This document shows, piece after piece, positions 37,907-52,895 of a stretch of 64,000 nt of DNA. This stretch comes from Squalus acanthias. Taxonomy: Eukaryota. Each line of letters begins with the position of its first letter. Within the stretch, counting starts at the first letter, position 1. The position numbers were made by a program, and so were the translations under genes. The stretch covers positions 25,792,001-25,856,000 of the forward strand of contig CM059434.1 in the NCBI GenBank assembly GCA_030390025.1, in the 5' to 3' direction. The notes under the pieces were generated by a model. It ran no database searches. It was given only the letters and a program-made list of their open reading frames with translations, and was not told the DNA's origin.

Positions 37907-40900
37907 ATAAAGACACTAAGAAATAGGAGCAGGAGAAGGCCATACGGCCCATCGAGCCTGCTCCGCCGTTCAAAAGATCATGGCTGAAATTCTACGCCAA
38001 CTCCACTTCCCCACCCGATCCCCATATCCCTTGATTCCCTTCGTGCTCAAAAATCTATCGAACTCTGTCTTGAATATACTCAACGATGAGCCTCCACAGC
38101 CCTTTGGGGTAGAGAATTCCAAAGATTCACAACCCTCAGTGAAGAAATTTCTTAACTCAGTCTTAAATGGCTGACCTCTTATCCTGAGACTATGCCCTCT
38201 AGTTCTAGACTCCCCAGTCAGGGGAAACAACCTCTCAGCATCTACCCTGTCAATCCCCCTCAGAATCTTGTATGTTTTAATGAGTTCACCGCTCATTTTT
38301 CTAAACGCCAGAAAGTATAGGCCCAATCTACGCAACCTCTCCTTATAGAATAACCCTATTACCGCAGGAATCAACCTAGTGAACTTTTGTTGCACCGCCC
38401 CTAAAGGCAAGTATATCCTTCCTCATAAGGGGACCAAAACTGTGCACAGTACTCAAGGTGTGGTCTCACCAAAGCCCTGTACAATTGCAGCATGACTTCC
38501 TTACTCTTACACTCCAACCCCCTCCTTGCAATAAAAGCCAACATGCCATTTGCCTTCCTAATGGAGTGCTCTCCCTGCATGTTAACTGTTTCCTGTACGA
38601 GGACGCCTAAATCTCTGAACACCAACACTTAATATTTCCTCAGCCTTTAAAAAAAAATGTTTTTCTATTCTTCCTACCAAATTGAATATCACATTTCTGT
38701 ACATTATATGCCATCTGCCACCTTACTGCCCACTCACTTAATCTGTCTATATCCTTTGCAGTCTGTGTCCTCCTCACAGCTTACTTTCCCACCTAGCTTT
38801 GTATCATCAGCAAACTTGGATACATTACACTCGGCCCCTTCATCCAAGTCATTAATATAGATTACAAATAGCTGATGCCCAAGCACTGACCCCACTAGTT
38901 ACAGCCTGCCAACCTGAAAAATTACCCCTTTATCGCTACTCTGTTTTCTGTCCGTTAATCAATCCTCTATCTATGTCAATATATTACCCGCAACCCCATG
39001 AGTCCTTACTTGTGTAGCAACCTTTTACGTGGCACCTTAGCGAAAGCCTTTTGGAAATCCATATATACTACGTCCACTGGTTCCCCTTTAGCTACCCTGC
39101 TAGTTACATAAATTTATTAAACATCATTTCCTTTTCATAAAACCATGTTGACTCTGCCTAATCATATTATGATTTAAGTGCCCTATTACCACTTCCTTAA
39201 TAATGGATTCCAGCATTTTCCCAATGACTGATGTCAGGCTAACTCACCTGTAGTTCTGTTTCTTGAAAGTGGGGTTACATTTGCTACCTTCCAATCCACA
39301 GAGACCGTTCTAGAATCTAGGGAATTTTGGAAGATCACAACCAATGCATTCACTATCGCCGCATTCACCTCTTTTAGAACCCTAGGCCATCAGCTCCAGG
39401 GGATTTGTTGGCTTTTAGTCCCATTAGTTTCTCAAGTACTTTTCCTCTACTGATATTAATTACTTTAAGTTCCTCACTCTTATTAGCCCCTTGGTTCCCC
39501 ACTATTTCTGATATGCTTTGTGTGTCTTCTACTGTGAAGACAGATACAAAATATTTGTTTAGAGACTCTGCCACTTCCTTATTCACCCTTACAATTTCTC
39601 CTGTCTCAGCCTCTAAGGGACCAAATTGTACTTTTGCTACTCTTCTTTTTACATACTTGTAGAAGCTCTTACAATCTGTTTTTATATTTCTTGCTACTTT
39701 ACTCTCGTGTTCTATTTTCTCCCTTTTAAATCTTTTTTTGTCATCCTTTGCTGGTTTCTAAAGCTCTCCCAATCCTCAGGCTTAATGCTAGTCTTTGCAA
39801 CATTAAGAGCCTCTTCTTTTAATCTAATACTATCCTTAACTTCTTTAGTTAGCCACAGATGGATCACTTTTCCAGTGGAGTTTTTATTTCTCAATGTAAT
39901 GTATATTCTTTGAGAATTTGTAATATTTCTTTAAATGTTTGCCACTGCTTATCTAGTCATACTGGTTAATCTAATTTCCTTTACTAATATTAGTTACTTT
40001 AAGTTCCTCACTCTCGTTAGATCCTTGGTTCCCCACAATTTCCAGTATGTTTTTTGTCTTCTACTGTGAAGACAGACAACACTATTTGTTTAACGTCTCT
40101 GCAATTTTCTATTTGCCATTATAATTTCTCCAGCCCCTGGCTCCAAGGGACCCACATCATTAATGGCTTCCTTTTTATATACTTGTAAACGCTCTTACAA
40201 CCTGTTTTTATATTTCTTGCTAGTTTACACTCATTCTGTTTTCTCCTATCAATTTCTTGGTTATCCTTTGCTGATTTTTTAAAACCCGTCCAATCCCTTA
40301 GTTATTACTCTTTTTGGCAATATTTTAATATAACACTATCCTCAACTTATCTAGCTAGCCATGGCTGTACCACTTTTACAGTGGAGTTTTTGTTCAAGGG
40401 AATGTATATTCGTTCAGCATTGTGAATTATTTCTTTAAATGCTTGCCATTGCTTATCTACCATCATATCTTTTAATTTAATTTCCCAATCTACCTCAGCC
40501 AACTCACCTCATATACCTTCATAATAGTTTCGTACTTAACGTCACTCACACTTAAATATGAAATTCTATCATATTATGATCACACTTCCCCAGAGGATCC
40601 TTTACTATAAGATTACTAACTAACTCATCACACAATATTAGATCTAAAATAGCCTGTTCCCTTATTGGTTCCTCGAGATATTGTTCTAGTAAACTGTCTT
40701 GAATGCATTCCATGAACTTTTCCTCCTTGTTACATGCTCCTCTAATTTCCTGATGTATACCCTGTCCAACAGGAGGCCGATAAACTACTCCCACCAGTGT
40801 TTTCGGCCCTTTGTTATTTCTTAGTTCCACCCATACGGATTCTACATCCTGATTTTCTGGGCTAAGAACCCTTCTCCCTACTGCCTTTATCTGATCCTTT

Positions 40901-42358
40901 CTCAGGGTTTACCCCATCTCCTTTTCCGTTTTGACTATCTTTTCCAAAAGTCAAATACCCTGGAGTATTTAGTTCTCAACCTTGGTCACCCTGCAACCAC
41001 ATCTCAGTAATGGCGACTAAATCAAACCTATTCATCTGTTTGTGCCATTAATTAAATCTATCTAGTTACGAATGCTTCGTGCATTTAGATACAGCACCTT
41101 TAATTTTAACTTTTTTCTATTTTTCCTTGATGTGGCTTTAGTCATTAATGCCCTAATAACTTTATTAAACTCTGTCCCTTCCTGACACAATCTGCTTGAT
41201 TTTACCCAAATCACTGCTCTGCTCTACAGCCTTGACTTTTCTCTTCAGACTTATAAATTTACGCTTATCTGAACCCTCCCTCATTAGTTTAAAGCCCCAT
41301 CTACCACCTTAGTTATTCGATTCGCCAGGACACTGGTCCCAGTTCAGTTTAAGTGGAGTCCATCCCAACGGAACAGCTCCCTCTTTCCCCATGAGCGGAA
41401 ACCCCTGCCTCCCACACCACTCTCAGCCACGCATTTAGACCTCTAATCGGTTTATCCCTATGCCAATTTGCACGCAGCTCAGGTAGTAATCCAGAGATTA
41501 TTACCTTTGAGGTTGTGTTTTTTAATTTGTACCCTACCGCCTCAAACTCCTCAGCAGAAGCTCATTACTAGTTCTATTTGTCGTTGGTTCCTACGTGGAT
41601 GAGCAGGAGTAGGTCATTTGGCCCCTCGAGCCTGCTCTGCCATTCAAGAAGATCATGGCTGATCTGATCTTGGCCTCAACTCCACTTCCCTGCCCGCTCC
41701 CCATAACCCTTGACTCCCTTACCATTCAAAAATCTGTATCTCCAATGTAAAATTTTGCACATGCACAAAACTTTGAATGGGTCGCACAGCCCGTTAGAGA
41801 CCGCGCACCCAAATCTATAATTAGGGGGAACATTGGTAGCAAGTACCTCGTACTGTTGGACAACGCCAAATGCTTGAGGCTCCTCCACCACATCATCTGC
41901 GGTCCCCTTACCTGCCTGAGTCACAGTCACAACCTCCTATCCCTGACCACCAACCAAATCTAAACCACTGCCTAATCCAAGGGGTGTGACTGCCTCCTGG
42001 GTCAAAATGTCCAGGTAACTCTCTCTCCCCCTCCATCACAATGTCTGCACCTTGGACTCGAGCTTATCAACTGAGCCGAAGTTCAATGAGTTGCAGACAC
42101 TTACTGCAGATGTGGTTGCCGAGGATCATGCTGCTCTCCACAAACTCCCACATGCTGCACACGTCCTGCACTGCCATCTCTATCTAACCTTGTTTTATAT
42201 ATTTAAAGTTTTATATAATTAATTCCCTTGGTTTATTTTAAATAATTTAGCTAAAAAGGAGCACCTCCTTTCTCCACTCACTAAATTCTCAACTTCCCAC
42301 TCTACGATGCACTCCGTTTATGTTGCGATGTGGTTACGATCTGAGCCTTAGCTCTCCA
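37907..42358 (-). mobile_element. Composite, near full-length CR1 with an internal ~540-bp duplication and nested insertions
   Basis: 3' tail at 37907, RT, endonuclease (TLVGVVYRPP..CDHNMIEF), ORF1 remnants to ~42180; nested CR1 tail at 41601-41742 and hAT end at 41743-41835. Confidence 0.85.
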
Positions 42359-42610
42359 GAGTTCAAAAATTGTGGACTCCAAGCACCACTACAGGACTTG
42401 AACACTTCGAGGCTGACACTTCTATGCAGTAGAGAGTGCACTGCATTGTTGTCACTTTTTGGATACAGGACATTAAATGGAAGACCCATAGCTAGACATT
42501 AAAAAAATCCCAGGCATTAAATTAAAGAGGAACACAGCATTTGCCTGGTGCCCTAGCCAATAATAAAGCAACACTAAAAACAGGTCAACTGGTCTTCCAC
42601 CCTATTTGCT
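42359..42610 (+). mobile_element. Degenerate DeuSINE body
   Basis: Homologous to 1-270 (GGCTGACAC, GCACTGCATTG, CCTGGTGCCCTAGCCAATA). Confidence 0.6.
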
Positions 42611-44046
42611 ACATAACCAATTAATTATTTTAACATCTGGAGGGCAAAAGACACTATAATATTTGCAGATGTATTTATGCACAAGTTTGTTCTTTTATCA
42701 ATCCTCACTGAATCCTTGGCATGATTCCACAAATCATTCATACATACACAAGAATGTCCAGGACCTGAAAAGACCATTTTGGTTTGTCTTGGTTGTCCAT
42801 CGACCACCATCTGTATTCTCGCAGTCCTATCCAACTCTTGATTAAAGCTGCTATTCAACAGACTGGTTAATATTCAGTTTGGTCTATTATACATATTTAC
42901 TAACAAATAGCCACAAGGGGTAGAATTTTGGGGGATCTTATAGGTGGACAAGATGGTGCAGCATGCTGAAATTAAACGGTCAAAAACTGGAAACATTAAA
43001 AACATGCCAATGAAGAGAGTTGGATTATAATCACTACTCAACAGAGTCGAGCATTAATAGAGTGGAAAACTGTGGAGAAGGAGTGCATCATGGAGCCAAC
43101 TTTGATAAATGGAGATCTCTGACATGTGCTAACTAGAGTGAACCTTTTAGGCTGGGAGTAGTGAGTTCCATTCATTACACAGTATGCAAGTGAGAGAGTG
43201 ACTAATGGAGAACATTCAGTAAGTGCTTCACCAAGTGTGTACAAATGGCACCACGATCAGATACTGGAGTTTAAGGATGCAGGACATAAAATAAATAAGT
43301 GACAGTAATTGAAAAAAAGGCAGCAGCAATTCACTTTGAAGTAGCAGTAGATACAGTGGCCGGGGAAGAAGTTTGGGGGGGGGGGGGGGGGGGGGAAGGT
43401 AAATCATTGATCAGTTCAAAAAATGGTTAGAAGTGGATAGAATACCTCTTTTCCAGTGCACCAATTAGGAGTCAGATACAGTGCAGCGATCAGAATGGAT
43501 GGTGTGTACATAGCAGATCTGATGATGCATGGGAGATGGAGTTAAAGTTAAGCAAGAAACGTAAAAAAAGGCTGCTGAAATCACAAATATTGGCTGAATG
43601 TAGGCATATGGGGTAGAAAAATCAAGTACAGTGTCAGGATTTGTGGCATCATGGGTGGGGAGATTCTTAAGGCTGGGAATGAGGGCCGATGATTAAAAGA
43701 ATTAAGGGATAGAGAAGGCACAGAGGTGGACTGCTAATCATCATATAATAAAGGGCTATAGCAGAATATATGCTGGGGTTTCTCTATCTCAGAGTTGCGT
43801 GCACCCCGCCCCTGCCCCCCAGATAATGATAGCACAGTCAGGAGCAAAACCCCAATGGCTGGAACTTCTGATGGGAGCAAATATTCTTTTGTAGGATAGT
43901 GTACATACTGACCTTTCTTTATTGCTTGGATCAAAAATTTGGTTTCATTTTGAAACATTTAAATTTGTACAACACTGCATCATTCACTTTCATTTTGTTT
44001 TTACTTTCTGCACTTAGTAGCAGTATAAGCTATTTAACCAGACTCA

Positions 44047-44325
<279 letters not shown>

Positions 44326-44682
44326 TTACACCTGCCACCGAGCTTCAAGTATCCCAAAAATCCATTATCACCCTCTGGGAACAGAACTTCCTCTGTGCCG
44401 GTAATTTAAGAGACTGACCCTGTCGAGATTCACGAGGCCAAGCAATTTAAATAAAGTGGACCAGGAACCACACCGAGCCACCTGGTTTTTTTTGGGGGGT
44501 TGGACACGGAAATAGCTTTGGCTGGGATATTCTTCCTCCCCTCCCTTTGATATTCACATTGGTGGGGAAATAGACTGCCAACACTCCAGGCTCAAGAAGA
44601 AACATGGGTGCTGGCAACCCATGAACCCTACTTCAGCATCAGTTTTAAGGAGGGGGAATGAACAGGAAAAAAAAACTGTCTA

Positions 44683-44844
<162 letters not shown>

Positions 44845-45124
44845 CTAAAATTTAAAAAAACATTATCCACAGGCTATTCTCTATCCTGCTAATCTAAACA
44901 AAGTGTAATAAGGAGCCTATTGTTTGACTCCATGCACCTCTTGATTTAACTGGGAGATTAAAGATGATGAATTTTCAAAATGAAATATTCAGTTTCAACA
45001 ATCATCTGCCAGTCCTATTCAAACTCGCTCTTTAGGTGAAAAGGAGCCATTTGTTTTTGTTTTTTTTAGTTTCGCCAAGACAGAAAAGCCTTTAAACATG
45101 GAGAAAATAAACAAATATTTCTGA

Positions 45125-45405
45125 CAACAACAACAACTTGTATTTGTATAGCGACTTTAACATAGTAAAATGTCCCAAGGCACTTCACAGGAGTATTACA
45201 AGACAAAAAATTTGACACCAAGACACAAGGAGAAATTAGGGCAGATGACCAACAGCTTGGTTTTAAGGAGGTCTTAGAGGAGAGAGGCACAGAGAGGTTT
45301 AGGGAGGGAATTCCAGAGCTTAGGGCCTAGGCAACAGAAGGCACGGCCACCAATGGTTGAGCGATTATAAATCAGGGATGCTCAAGAGGCCAGAATTAGA
45401 GGAGC
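45125..45405 (-). mobile_element. L2-type LINE 3' fragment
   Basis: (CAA)n tail and GGGAGGGAATTCCAGAGCTTAGGGCCTAGGC; homologous to 58833-59200. Confidence 0.7.
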
Positions 45406-45951
45406 TGTAATACCACAGGAGCTATAACCACCACCATCCTAATTTCCACAACAAAATCTCAGTACACCCTTATTCTGAAAAGTTGCCACAAAATTCATCT
45501 CCTCCTAATCCCAGCTGTCAGTTGAAACTTGTTCCTGCCCGACATATTCAGCACCACATACTGCAGCAGAAAAACGAAGCCAAGTTCAATGCATGGGGTA
45601 TAAAATAACTTCTTTCTTGGTTATGTATCTTACTGTGGTATACGCTGAAGACACTTGTTCCAATTGATGATATACTTTGTTTCTTCAACAGGACCTGCCA
45701 CTCCAAACATGACTTCAAACCCTAAAGAGTTCCACTTTGAATTTCTGATTATGAATCTTCTCAACTAGTTTGATCCTCAAGATCTGGGTCAATTCCCCTT
45801 AAATATGTTCAGTTTTTGTTCTCAATTATTTAAGAACTAACAGTTGATGAGTAATGTATTTTTGCTCCAATAACTATGGTTCTAGCCAGACTACTGTACT
45901 TTCACCTATACTGTATAATCTCTGAGCTTTATCTTTCAGCTTCACTAATTA

Positions 45952-46315
45952 CAAGAAACTCTTTATTAACCGGCACCGACAGGACCGGCGTGGTGCCGGT
46001 TAATCAAAAAGTCCGGATAACGGAGAGTTATATCTCCCAACGTACGAGAGCCCCATACACATTGACATGCGCCTGCATTCGGAGCTCCGTCTCCCCGGGG
46101 ACCGCCAGCTGACCATCTGTCGTGTCCGCTGCCTACCCGGGCTGCACATTCCCCTCCCAATCTACACGCTCCGATAAAAAAAAACCCTGAGGCGTTTGCC
46201 TTGCAAGTTAATTTTAAACGAGAGATGAAGGAAAACCCCGGTTACCTACTCAAGAATTTTGCCGGTTAAGAGAGATTTCCGGATATTTGGGTGCCGGTTA
46301 ATAAAGAGTTTCCTG
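45952..46315 (-). mobile_element. pogo/Tigger-like MITE, copy 2 (inverted relative to copy 1)
   Basis: TA-CAAGAAACTCTTTATTAACCGGCAC ... GTGCCGGTTAATAAAGAGTTTCCTG-TA; interior nearly identical to 17499-17853. Confidence 0.9.
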
Positions 46316-46357
46316 TATCGTCAATATTCCTTCACTTCACAGGTTCTACAACGTTGC

Positions 46358-49300
46358 TTCATAGAAATTTATGGCACAGAAGGAGGTCATTCGGCCCATT
46401 ATGTCTGTGCCGGCCAAAAAGGGCTATCTAGCCTAATCCCACTTTCCAGCTCTTGGCCCATAACCCTGTAGGTTACGGCACTACAAGTGCCTATCCAAGT
46501 ACTTTTTAAATATGATGAGGGTTTCTGTCTCTACCACCCTTTCTGGCAGCAAGTTGCAGATCCCCACCAACCTCGGTGAAAAGTTCTCAACTCCCCTCTA
46601 ATCCTTCTACCAATTACCTTAAATCTATGCCCCCTGATTACTGAGCTCTGCTAAAGGAAATAGGTCCTTCCTATCCACTTCAATTAAGTTTCCCCTCAGC
46701 CTCCTCTGTTCCAAAAAAAACAAACCCAGCCTATCCAATCTTTCCTCATAACTCAAATTCTCCAGTCCTGGCAACATCCTCATCCTACTTGGTTCTCTAC
46801 TGTATTATGAACCTTACATTTGTCATAAGCCTCCTTTTACTATTTCATTTTAATCTCTATATCTTTAGTCATCCAGGGAGCTCTAGCTTTGGATGCACTT
46901 CCTTTTCCGCTCATGGGAATGTGTCTACTCTGCACCCAAATGATCTCCTCTTTGAAGGCCTCCCATTGTTCAATTACTGTCTTACCTACCAATTTTTTTG
47001 ATTCCAACCCACGTGCACCAGATTCCTTTTCAACTCACTGAAGTTAGCCCGCCACCAGTTAAACATTTTTATGCTCTATTGTTCCTTGTCCTTTTCTATA
47101 ACTATTTTAAACATATGATCACTGTTCCCCAAATGCTCCCCCACTTGCCCTCTTCATTCCCCAGAACTAGATCCAGCACTGCTTCCTTCCTCGTTGGGCT
47201 GTAAACACACTGATCAAGAAAGTTCTCTTGTACATATTTCAGGAATTCCGCCCCCCTTTGTACTTTACACTGTTACTACCACTGTTCCCCAAGCTGCATG
47301 CGTGCACGGCCGCGCAGCACTCTTGATTGGGCAGGCAGCTGCACGGTAGCCACACCTCAATGGCAGCCATGTGATTGGCAGGCCTGTCCAGCCATTGACG
47401 TGAGTTTGCAGGCTCTCAACACCAGGGTTCCCTGGCCAATCAGTGCAAAGCGAAGGCAGGACCCACCATATTGGTTTGCACTCGATCCCGTTTACCAGAG
47501 ATACGTGAATCTCTACACCTTTGTTTATGGCTCAAATGCTTTTGGATCAACTGTTTGATTTGACTCCAGTTTTTGGGCAATTTACTTTGGTCCCCAATTT
47601 TAACATGCAAAGGCTGAAACACTTCGCTTAAGAACATACGAACAAAAAAGTTAGGAGCAGGAGTAGGCCATATGGCCCCTTGAGCCTGCTCCACCATTCA
47701 ATATCATAGCTGATCTTCGACCTCAACTCCACTTTCCCGCCTGATCCATATTCCTCGATTCCCCAAGAATCCAAAAATCTAATATACTCAACGACTGAGC
47801 ATCCACAGCCCTCTGGGGTAGAGAATTCCAAAGATTCACTCACAACCCTCAGAGTGAAGAAATTCCTCCTCATCTCAGTACTAAATGGCCGACCCCTTAC
47901 CTGAGACTATGCCTCCTAGTGCTAGACTCTCCAGCCAGGGGAAACAATCTCTCAGCATCTACCGTCAATCCCCCTCAGAATCTTGTATGTTTCAATGAGA
48001 TCACCTCATATTCTTCTGATCAAGAGCATAGGCCCAATCTAGTCAATCTCTCCTCATAGGATAACCCTCTCATCCCAGGAATCAATCTAGTGAACCTTTG
48101 TTGTACTGCCTCTGAGGCAAGTATAGCCTTCCTTAGATAAAGGAGACCAAAACTGTGCAGAGTACTCCAGATGTGGTCTCATCAAAGCCCTGTACAATCG
48201 CAGTAAGGCTTCCATACTCAACAGCTGAGATTAATATTGTGGAGAATATGAGAGCAAAACATTAGAAGCAAAATTCATAAATTAACATCTTTGTCACCAT
48301 ACTATTTATTAAACATTTCCAAGTCAGTCTGATTGGTTCTTCTATCCAAGAAGAAAGATGAATGTTTATTTCTGTTAAATCATAGCTTTTCCTGCTTTTT
48401 GTTTTTAATTTGGTAACACAAATTGTGTATGCGTATTTCTGCACTTGTGAATAAGTGCTGCATTTCTGACATGTAACATGAGGGGGGGGTTGCTGGTTCA
48501 AGATGACGTTTATTAATGGAAGTGATTGAAGTTGAAAATACCCATTTAGTTCACAGTATTAAAAAGAAAAGAACAAAGAACTATAGCACTTTATATTTGT
48601 TGGGTGTCTGGTTGCATTGTGAATATTCTGATTACTTATGTGGGCGTCTAGCACGTCAGCGCCATAGGAAAGCCGCTGCTCACGTGGCCATTGCTATAGT
48701 GACATGAGGGATGGGCCAATACGTTGAAAACTTTAAAATTAATACAAATTGCACGAATAGATATGCCTCTTTCAGCTCACCTTGAGCTTTTGGATTGTTT
48801 GTCGATGCACAACCGTGTAACTGAGTGACGTTTCTGAAGTGCTAATGCATTATTATGCAGTTCTTTTATATCCCAGTCAGTCTGACAAGTAATTTTTTTT
48901 TTTTATAAAGAGAGTTTGTACATGTTTGTAAAAACTTAATTAATTCTACTGTAAACAAACTTGCAGAATGGGCAATGAATTTCAATATACATAAGTGTGA
49001 GGTGGTGCACTTTGGTAGGAGGAATAAAGGAGGCTACCTACTCCTTGGAAAATAAGAGTCTAAATGGAGTAGAGGTGCAAAGGGATCAAGGGGTATAGAT
49101 TCACAAATCATTAAAAGTAGCAACACAGGTTAAAAAAAAGCACAAATAAAGCACTGGGGTTCATTTCTAGAGGAATAGAATTCAAAAGCAGAGAAGTTAT
49201 GTTAAACTTGTATAGAACCTTGTCTGATTGTCTCATAATTTGAGATGGTGGGGTGGCAATAATGGCATTACTATATGCTTTTAAGTGGTTGCTGTTGCTG

Positions 49301-50060
49301 CCGTTGTTGTAAAAGATGTTGTTAAAGGAAAATTTGCCCACGGACAAAATGGTCGCACTCCAATGAGTTCGTGGCCCGCTCAGTAGAGAAAAAAAAATTA
49401 GATAACATTGGTTACTACTCTCGTTTATATTAGCATAATAGAAATCGCCCATTATTACTACTCTGTAATTCTTGCAACTTTCTGCAATTTGCTGCTATAT
49501 TTCCTACACACTATTTGGTGGCCTAAAGTATACACCCAGTAGCGTAAGAGCTCCTCTATTGTTCCTTAATTCTAACCAAATAGATTCTTTGACCCCGCAA
49601 CTACATCATCCCTTCCAGTGCTGTAATAGTTTCTTTGATCAATACTGCCCGCCCCCCACCCCCAGTCTTTTCTGAATACTTTGCAGCCAGGAATATTAAG
49701 TTCCAAATCTTCCCCATCTTTCAGCCAGGTCTTTCTATTTCCTCTAGATAATAGGCCCATGAGGCGACTTGTGCCTGCAACTCACTAACTTTATTTACCA
49801 CGTTATGTGCATTTACGCACTTGCACTCCAAACCCATCTTAGACTGCCCTGCATTTGCCCCTGATCCCTCCCATTTCTGAACTATTCTTTACACCAGTGC
49901 TATTTGTCTCCCCTCTCAAATGTTTTATCCTGGTGCTCATCCCTCTGCCAGATTAGTTTGGCAGAGGGATGGGCACTAGTTAACCTCCCCACGAGGACAT
50001 TTACCCAGCTCTGTTGAGGTGCAACCGATCCACCTTCAACAGGTCCCTCCTGCCCAAGAA
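46358..50060 (-). mobile_element. Heavily deleted CR1 (tail, ORF2 pieces, endonuclease, end of ORF1) split by a hAT element
   Basis: Reverse CR1 tail at 46358; endonuclease sequence is continuous across 47279/49411; ELNIPGCKVFRKD motif. Confidence 0.7.
47280..49410. mobile_element. Non-autonomous hAT-type DNA transposon carrying two nested CR1 fragments (47627-48220 minus; ~48955-49220 plus)
   Basis: 8-bp target duplication GTTACTAC at 47272-47279 and 49411-49418; imperfect TIRs CACTGTTCCC / GATAACATTG. Confidence 0.75.
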
Positions 50061-50084
50061 CTGTTGAATTTTTAATTTTTGTTA

Positions 50085-50985
50085 CTCATTCACGGGATGC
50101 AGGTATCATTGGCAAGACCATCATTTATTACCCATCCGTAATTGCCCTCAAGATGGTGGGTGAGCGAGCCACCTTCTTGAACGCTGCAGTCCGTGTGAAG
50201 TGCCTTGGGACGTTTTACTACGTTAAAAGAGCTATATAAATGCAAGTTGTTGTTGTGTGGCGAAGGTACTCCCACAGTGCTGTTAGGTAGGGCGTTTCAG
50301 GATTTTGACCCAGAGACGATGAAGGAATGGCAATATCTTTCCAAGTCAGGATAGTGTGCGACTTGGAGGGAAACTTGGAGGTGGTGGCGTTCCCATGCGC
50401 CTGCTGCTCGTCCTTCTAGGTGGTAGCGGTCACCGGTTTCCGAGGTATTGTCGAAGAAGCCTTGGAGAGTTGCTGCAGTGCATCTTGTAGATGGTACACA
50501 CTGCAGCTATGGTGCGCTGATGGTGGAGGGAGTGAAAGTTTAAGGTGTGGATGGGGTGCCAATCAAGCGGGCTGCTTTGTCCTGGATGGTGTTGAGCTTC
50601 GAGTGTTGGAGCTGCACTCATCCAGGCAAGTGGAAAGTAATTCCATCACACTCCTGACTTGTGCCTTGTAGGTTGTGGAAAGGCTTTGTGGAGTCAGGTG
50701 AGTCACTCAAGAATACCCAGCCTCTTACCTGCTGTTGTAGCCACAGTATTTATGTGGCTGGTTCAGTTAAGTTTCTGGTCAATGGTGACCCCTAGGATGT
50801 TGATGGTGGGGGATTCAACGATGGTAATACAAATTGAATGTCATGGGGAGGTGGTTAGACTGTCTCTTGGAGATAGTCATTGCCTGGCACTTGTGTTGGG
50901 TGAAAGTTACTTGCCACTTATCAGCCCAAGCCTGAATGTTGTCCAGGCCCTGCTGCATGAGGACACGGACTACTTAATTATCTGA
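50085..50985 (-). mobile_element. Non-LTR retrotransposon 3' part (L2/Crack-like, distinct from the CR1s), with a short L2 tail inserted at 50196-50255
   Basis: Minus strand reads INILGVTIDQKLN*TSHINTVA, typical of an RT C-terminus. Confidence 0.65.
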
Positions 50986-51024
50986 CAAAACCGTTATAAA
51001 GCCTTATCCTACATCACTGTTTTA

Positions 51025-51285
<261 letters not shown>

Positions 51286-51914
51286 CTAAGAGAAAATAAG
51301 TTACATTTTATGCACCATTTACCATAGGGTGATCCTGTTCACTTGGCTTTGCCAAACTGAAACATTATGCACATTCAATCCCCTCAACATCCAATGCGGC
51401 TTCTTCGACAACCAAGTGGTTTGTTCCCTCCTGAAGCCCTCCGTTACCACATTCATCTATACCAAGTTGCCGAAGATATTTCTTTGAATGTTTGCGCTCA
51501 AGGGAGAAAAGTCAATGCTGAATATAGTACAAATTTTCAGATCCAGTACAGCTTATTCAAATACAAAGTAAAGCTTCCTTTACACGGCCGAATTATTGGG
51601 CCAGAATTTACTGTAAAAGTAACAGTAAGGCTAATGGCTCTCACCATTATTTGTGCGCAAATTGGGCAGCAACTTCAGACGAGCGCAGATAAATGTGAAA
51701 ATCCGGAAGTTGCTGTCAGAGATGCGCAAAAACGGCATCTCACAGTCTGGCTCCCCATTCAAATGTTTGAACAGCATGAAGTTCTTGTATTTGCAGGATA
51801 GATATGAACTAAACTCACCACAGAAATGATGCGGAGATGCCGGTGTTGGACTGGGGTGGACAAAAGTGAGAAGTCGCACAACACCAGGTTATAGTCCAAC
51901 AGTTTTATTTGAAA

Positions 51915-51952
51915 TCACAAGCTTTCGGAGCTGCTGCCCCTTCGTCAGGTGA
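51915..51952 (-). ncRNA. Minimal type I hammerhead ribozyme motif (sense to the CKAP5 pre-mRNA)
   Basis: UCAC-CUGACGA-AGGGGC-AGCA-GCUCC-GAAA-GC-UU-GUGA on the minus strand. Confidence 0.75.
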
Positions 51953-52895
51953 AGTAAAGGAATACGAATCGACAAAGCATATATAGACAGAGAACAATGC
52001 ATGTGTAGCGTACAATGTCAGACGACTACATTTAATCCTCCTGACTGCCTTTCGTCACACCTCGGCAGAGAAACAATTAGGTCAGCCAGGAAGGCACCAC
52101 ATCAAAGACATGGCAAGATACAACTGAGACAATGATGTGGGGTCACAGGGGGTCTAATGTGTCAAATGCTGCAGTCTGTATGGAAAATGATAAACTTTAA
52201 AATTTTTACTTTTTTTTTTACTGGAAATCACATCTGTGAACAAGCCAACGACGACTCGAGTCTGGATGACGCTACCTGATACATTGCAGGAAAGGATGCC
52301 CCAGAGCATGGTACATCGGCGAGACCATGCAGACACTGAGACAACGTATGAACGGACACCGCGCAACAATCGCCAGGTAGGAGTGTTCCCTCCCAGTCGG
52401 GGAACACTTCAGCAGTCAAGGACATTCAGCCTCGGATCTGCGGGTAAGCGTTCTCCAAGGCGGCCTTCGAGACACACGACAACGCAAAATCATCGAGCAG
52501 AAACGGATAGCCAAGTTCCGCACTCATGAGGACGGCCTCAACCGGGATCTAGGGTTCATGTCACGCTATATGACGTAGAGTCATCCAGACTCGAGTCGTC
52601 GTTGGCTTGTTCACAGATGCGATTTCCAGTAAAAAAAAGTAAAAATTTTAAAGTTTATGGTTTTCCATACAGACTGCAGCATTTGACACATTAGACCCCC
52701 TGTGACCCCACATCATTGTCTCAGTTGTATCTTGCTAGATCTTTGATGTGGTGCCTTCCTGGCTGACCTGATTGTTTCTCTGCCGAGGTGTGACGAAAGG
52801 CAGTCAGGAGGATTAACTGTAGTCGTCTGACATTGTACGCTACACATGCATTGTTCTCTGTCTATATATGCTTTGTCGATTCGTATTCCTTTACT

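Noticed and set aside
43375-43395. Poly-G run (possible G-quadruplex)
   Set aside because: Simple homopolymer in degenerate repeat sequence; length unreliable and no evidence of function
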